Positions 62,844 to 64,000 of a stretch of 64,000 bases of DNA are shown piece after piece. The stretch's first letter is position 1; each line of letters opens with the position of its first letter. The stretch lies in the IMG/VR virus record IMGVR_UViG_3300031673_000018, one strand, 5' to 3'. The position numbers and the translations under genes are program-made. Under the pieces are notes generated by a model. It was not told where the DNA came from and ran no database searches. It was given only the letters and a program-made list of their open reading frames with translations. This DNA is from an uncultured virus (IMG/VR IMGVR_UViG_3300031673_000018). Taxonomy: Duplodnaviria; Heunggongvirae; Uroviricota; Caudoviricetes.

Positions 62844-63092
62844 TCACCTGCTCGCATGTTTAGGCCAGGTGTCTGCCTTTCGGTCAGAAAAAGATGGGGC
62901 ATCATCAGCGTATGCTATCTCTGAATGCCCTTGGCTGCAGAACTGAGACTCGAACTTTGCCTCTGTTCCGTCAGTGAACCGAATTGTGAGACGGTCAAAT
63001 ATGTCACCCCAAACTTTAGGCTCTTCGATTGTTTCCTTGGTCACTTTGGCTATGGTTTTACCTTCTAGTTTCTTCATGGTTCCATTCCTCAA
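62844..63092 (-). CDS. Hypothetical protein ending inside element copy O
   Basis: C-terminus DTWPKHASR is encoded by the element. Confidence 0.5.
   Translation of the reverse strand: MRNGTMKKLEGKTIAKVTKETIEEPKVWGDIFDRLTIRFTDGTEAKFESQFCSQGHSEIAYADDAPSFSDRKADTWPKHASR
62845..62888 (-). ncRNA. Two-hairpin leader element, copy O
   Basis: UCUG-A-CC-GAAA-GG-CAGA + CACCUG-GCCUAAACAUGCGAG-CAGGUG. Confidence 0.85.
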
Positions 63093-63352
63093 ATTGGCTC
63101 CAGTAATAGGAAGCCTCCGTTTTCATCGTAGTTGCACAGGACATGCTTATCCTCTATGATGATCTCGGTTAGGTCCTCTAGCATAAACTCTGGTTCATAG
63201 TAGAAACAGTCTTCGGGTTTGATGCACACCCATAAAGCGGGCGTCGAGTCTGGGTAAGGTGGATCTATGAAGTCGTTTCCTCTGTCCTCTACCTCGAGCT
63301 CCCTGATCTTTTCAAGGGTGGAGAAGCAGCCGTGGGTGCTGTAAACCTTCAT
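63089..63352 (-). CDS. Hypothetical protein
   Basis: Coupled ORF. Confidence 0.5.
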   Translation of the reverse strand: MKVYSTHGCFSTLEKIRELEVEDRGNDFIDPPYPDSTPALWVCIKPEDCFYYEPEFMLEDLTEIIIEDKHVLCNYDENGGFLLLEPI

Positions 63353-63378
63353 GCCGATGCTTCCTATGTTCTCAGTCC

Positions 63379-63690
63379 TCAGTCGTAGATTACTTCGGAT
63401 CCGCGCCTCTTCATCCAGCTTATCTCTTCGTCTTCATCCCAGATAACCGTAGTTGCCTGATCGAAAGCCCCACGCCACTCTTTCATATGGCAGTGCTTCG
63501 TGTAGACTTTGACGCACACCTTGCTGGGCCCGTCGCATGTCTCCATGACCTCTATCTGGGAGTTGCATTTGTCACACCATAGGCCTCCGAATGGGGCCAA
63601 GTATGTGAACCGGGTTCCCCCACATACGGGGCATTTGAAGTAGGGCCTGGTTATCGGGTTGAAGTTTCCTATCATGTGTATGCTTATCAT
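63379..63690 (-). CDS. Zn-ribbon hypothetical protein
   Basis: CPVC..CDKC; GGTGA RBS. Confidence 0.6.
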   Translation of the reverse strand: MISIHMIGNFNPITRPYFKCPVCGGTRFTYLAPFGGLWCDKCNSQIEVMETCDGPSKVCVKVYTKHCHMKEWRGAFDQATTVIWDEDEEISWMKRRGSEVIYD

Positions 63691-63694
63691 TTTA

Positions 63695-63955
63695 TCACCA
63701 GATGATAGAGTCCACTACGCAATCAACGATCTGATGCCATGTCAGAGTGTCACGATCGATATCGAGTCCATCGCACCAGCTCTGAAGCCTCTTCTCCTCG
63801 TCCTCGTCTTGGAGCTTTATCTGGGCGTCTATGAGGTCCTCCATTGTAAGCGCTGACTTACCGTCCTTGATCATCTGTATATCGGCTTCCAATGCCTTCA
63901 CCCATTTCCGGGCGGTTTCTCTCTGCTCTTCCGTGGTGATGTCGTAGCGGCTCAA
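63695..63955 (-). CDS. Hypothetical protein
   Basis: ORF with GGAGG RBS. Confidence 0.55.
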   Translation of the reverse strand: MSRYDITTEEQRETARKWVKALEADIQMIKDGKSALTMEDLIDAQIKLQDEDEEKRLQSWCDGLDIDRDTLTWHQIVDCVVDSIIW

Positions 63956-64000
63956 CCAGGTCCTCCGGATGAATCCGATCTCTCCCTCGAGTGATTCGAT

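Noticed and set aside
34539..62888. Dispersed repeats as a CRISPR array
   Set aside because: Copies are separated by whole genes (0.5-6.6 kb), stems covary rather than being identical, and no cas genes are visible
34539..62888. Element as c-di-GMP-I riboswitch or box C/D K-turn (GAAA tetraloop, CCUAAA, CUGACCGAAAGG)
   Set aside because: No GGCAAA/GACGCAAA core and no room for a receptor helix; no RUGAUGA box C; only 4 of 15 copies have GNRA
34539..62888. Element as an integron attC site
   Set aside because: Two adjacent hairpins rather than one long one, no RYYYAAC/GTTRRRY ends, and no tyrosine recombinase in the window

Overview
This window looks like part of an archaeal head-tailed virus (Caudoviricetes, siphovirus-type tail). 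The archaeal assignment rests on PCNA, an MCM-like helicase, Alba, HerA-type ATPases, GGTGA Shine-Dalgarno sites and TATA-box promoters. A Bathyarchaeia/TACK host is my inference only. Bases 1-20 kb hold a late/structural module: HNH nuclease, SAM methyltransferase, two GT4 glycosyltransferases, five genes sharing a beta-strand repeat, and neck, tail tube, frameshifting tail chaperone, tape measure and tail-tip genes. Bases 20-64 kb are almost entirely minus-strand early/replication/accessory genes. The main finding is a dispersed 40-44 nt two-hairpin RNA element present in 15 copies between 34.5 and 62.9 kb. Each copy lies just upstream of a minus-strand gene. A 17-nt hairpin the size of a tRNA T-arm is stacked directly on a second stem that, in most copies, sequesters the Shine-Dalgarno sequence, and whose loop carries a near-invariant AUGCG. 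Compensatory substitutions and strand-specific G-U pairs support it. I do not recognise it as a known family, and it may define a virus-wide post-transcriptional regulon. All protein calls come from motif recognition by eye; no database searches were run.
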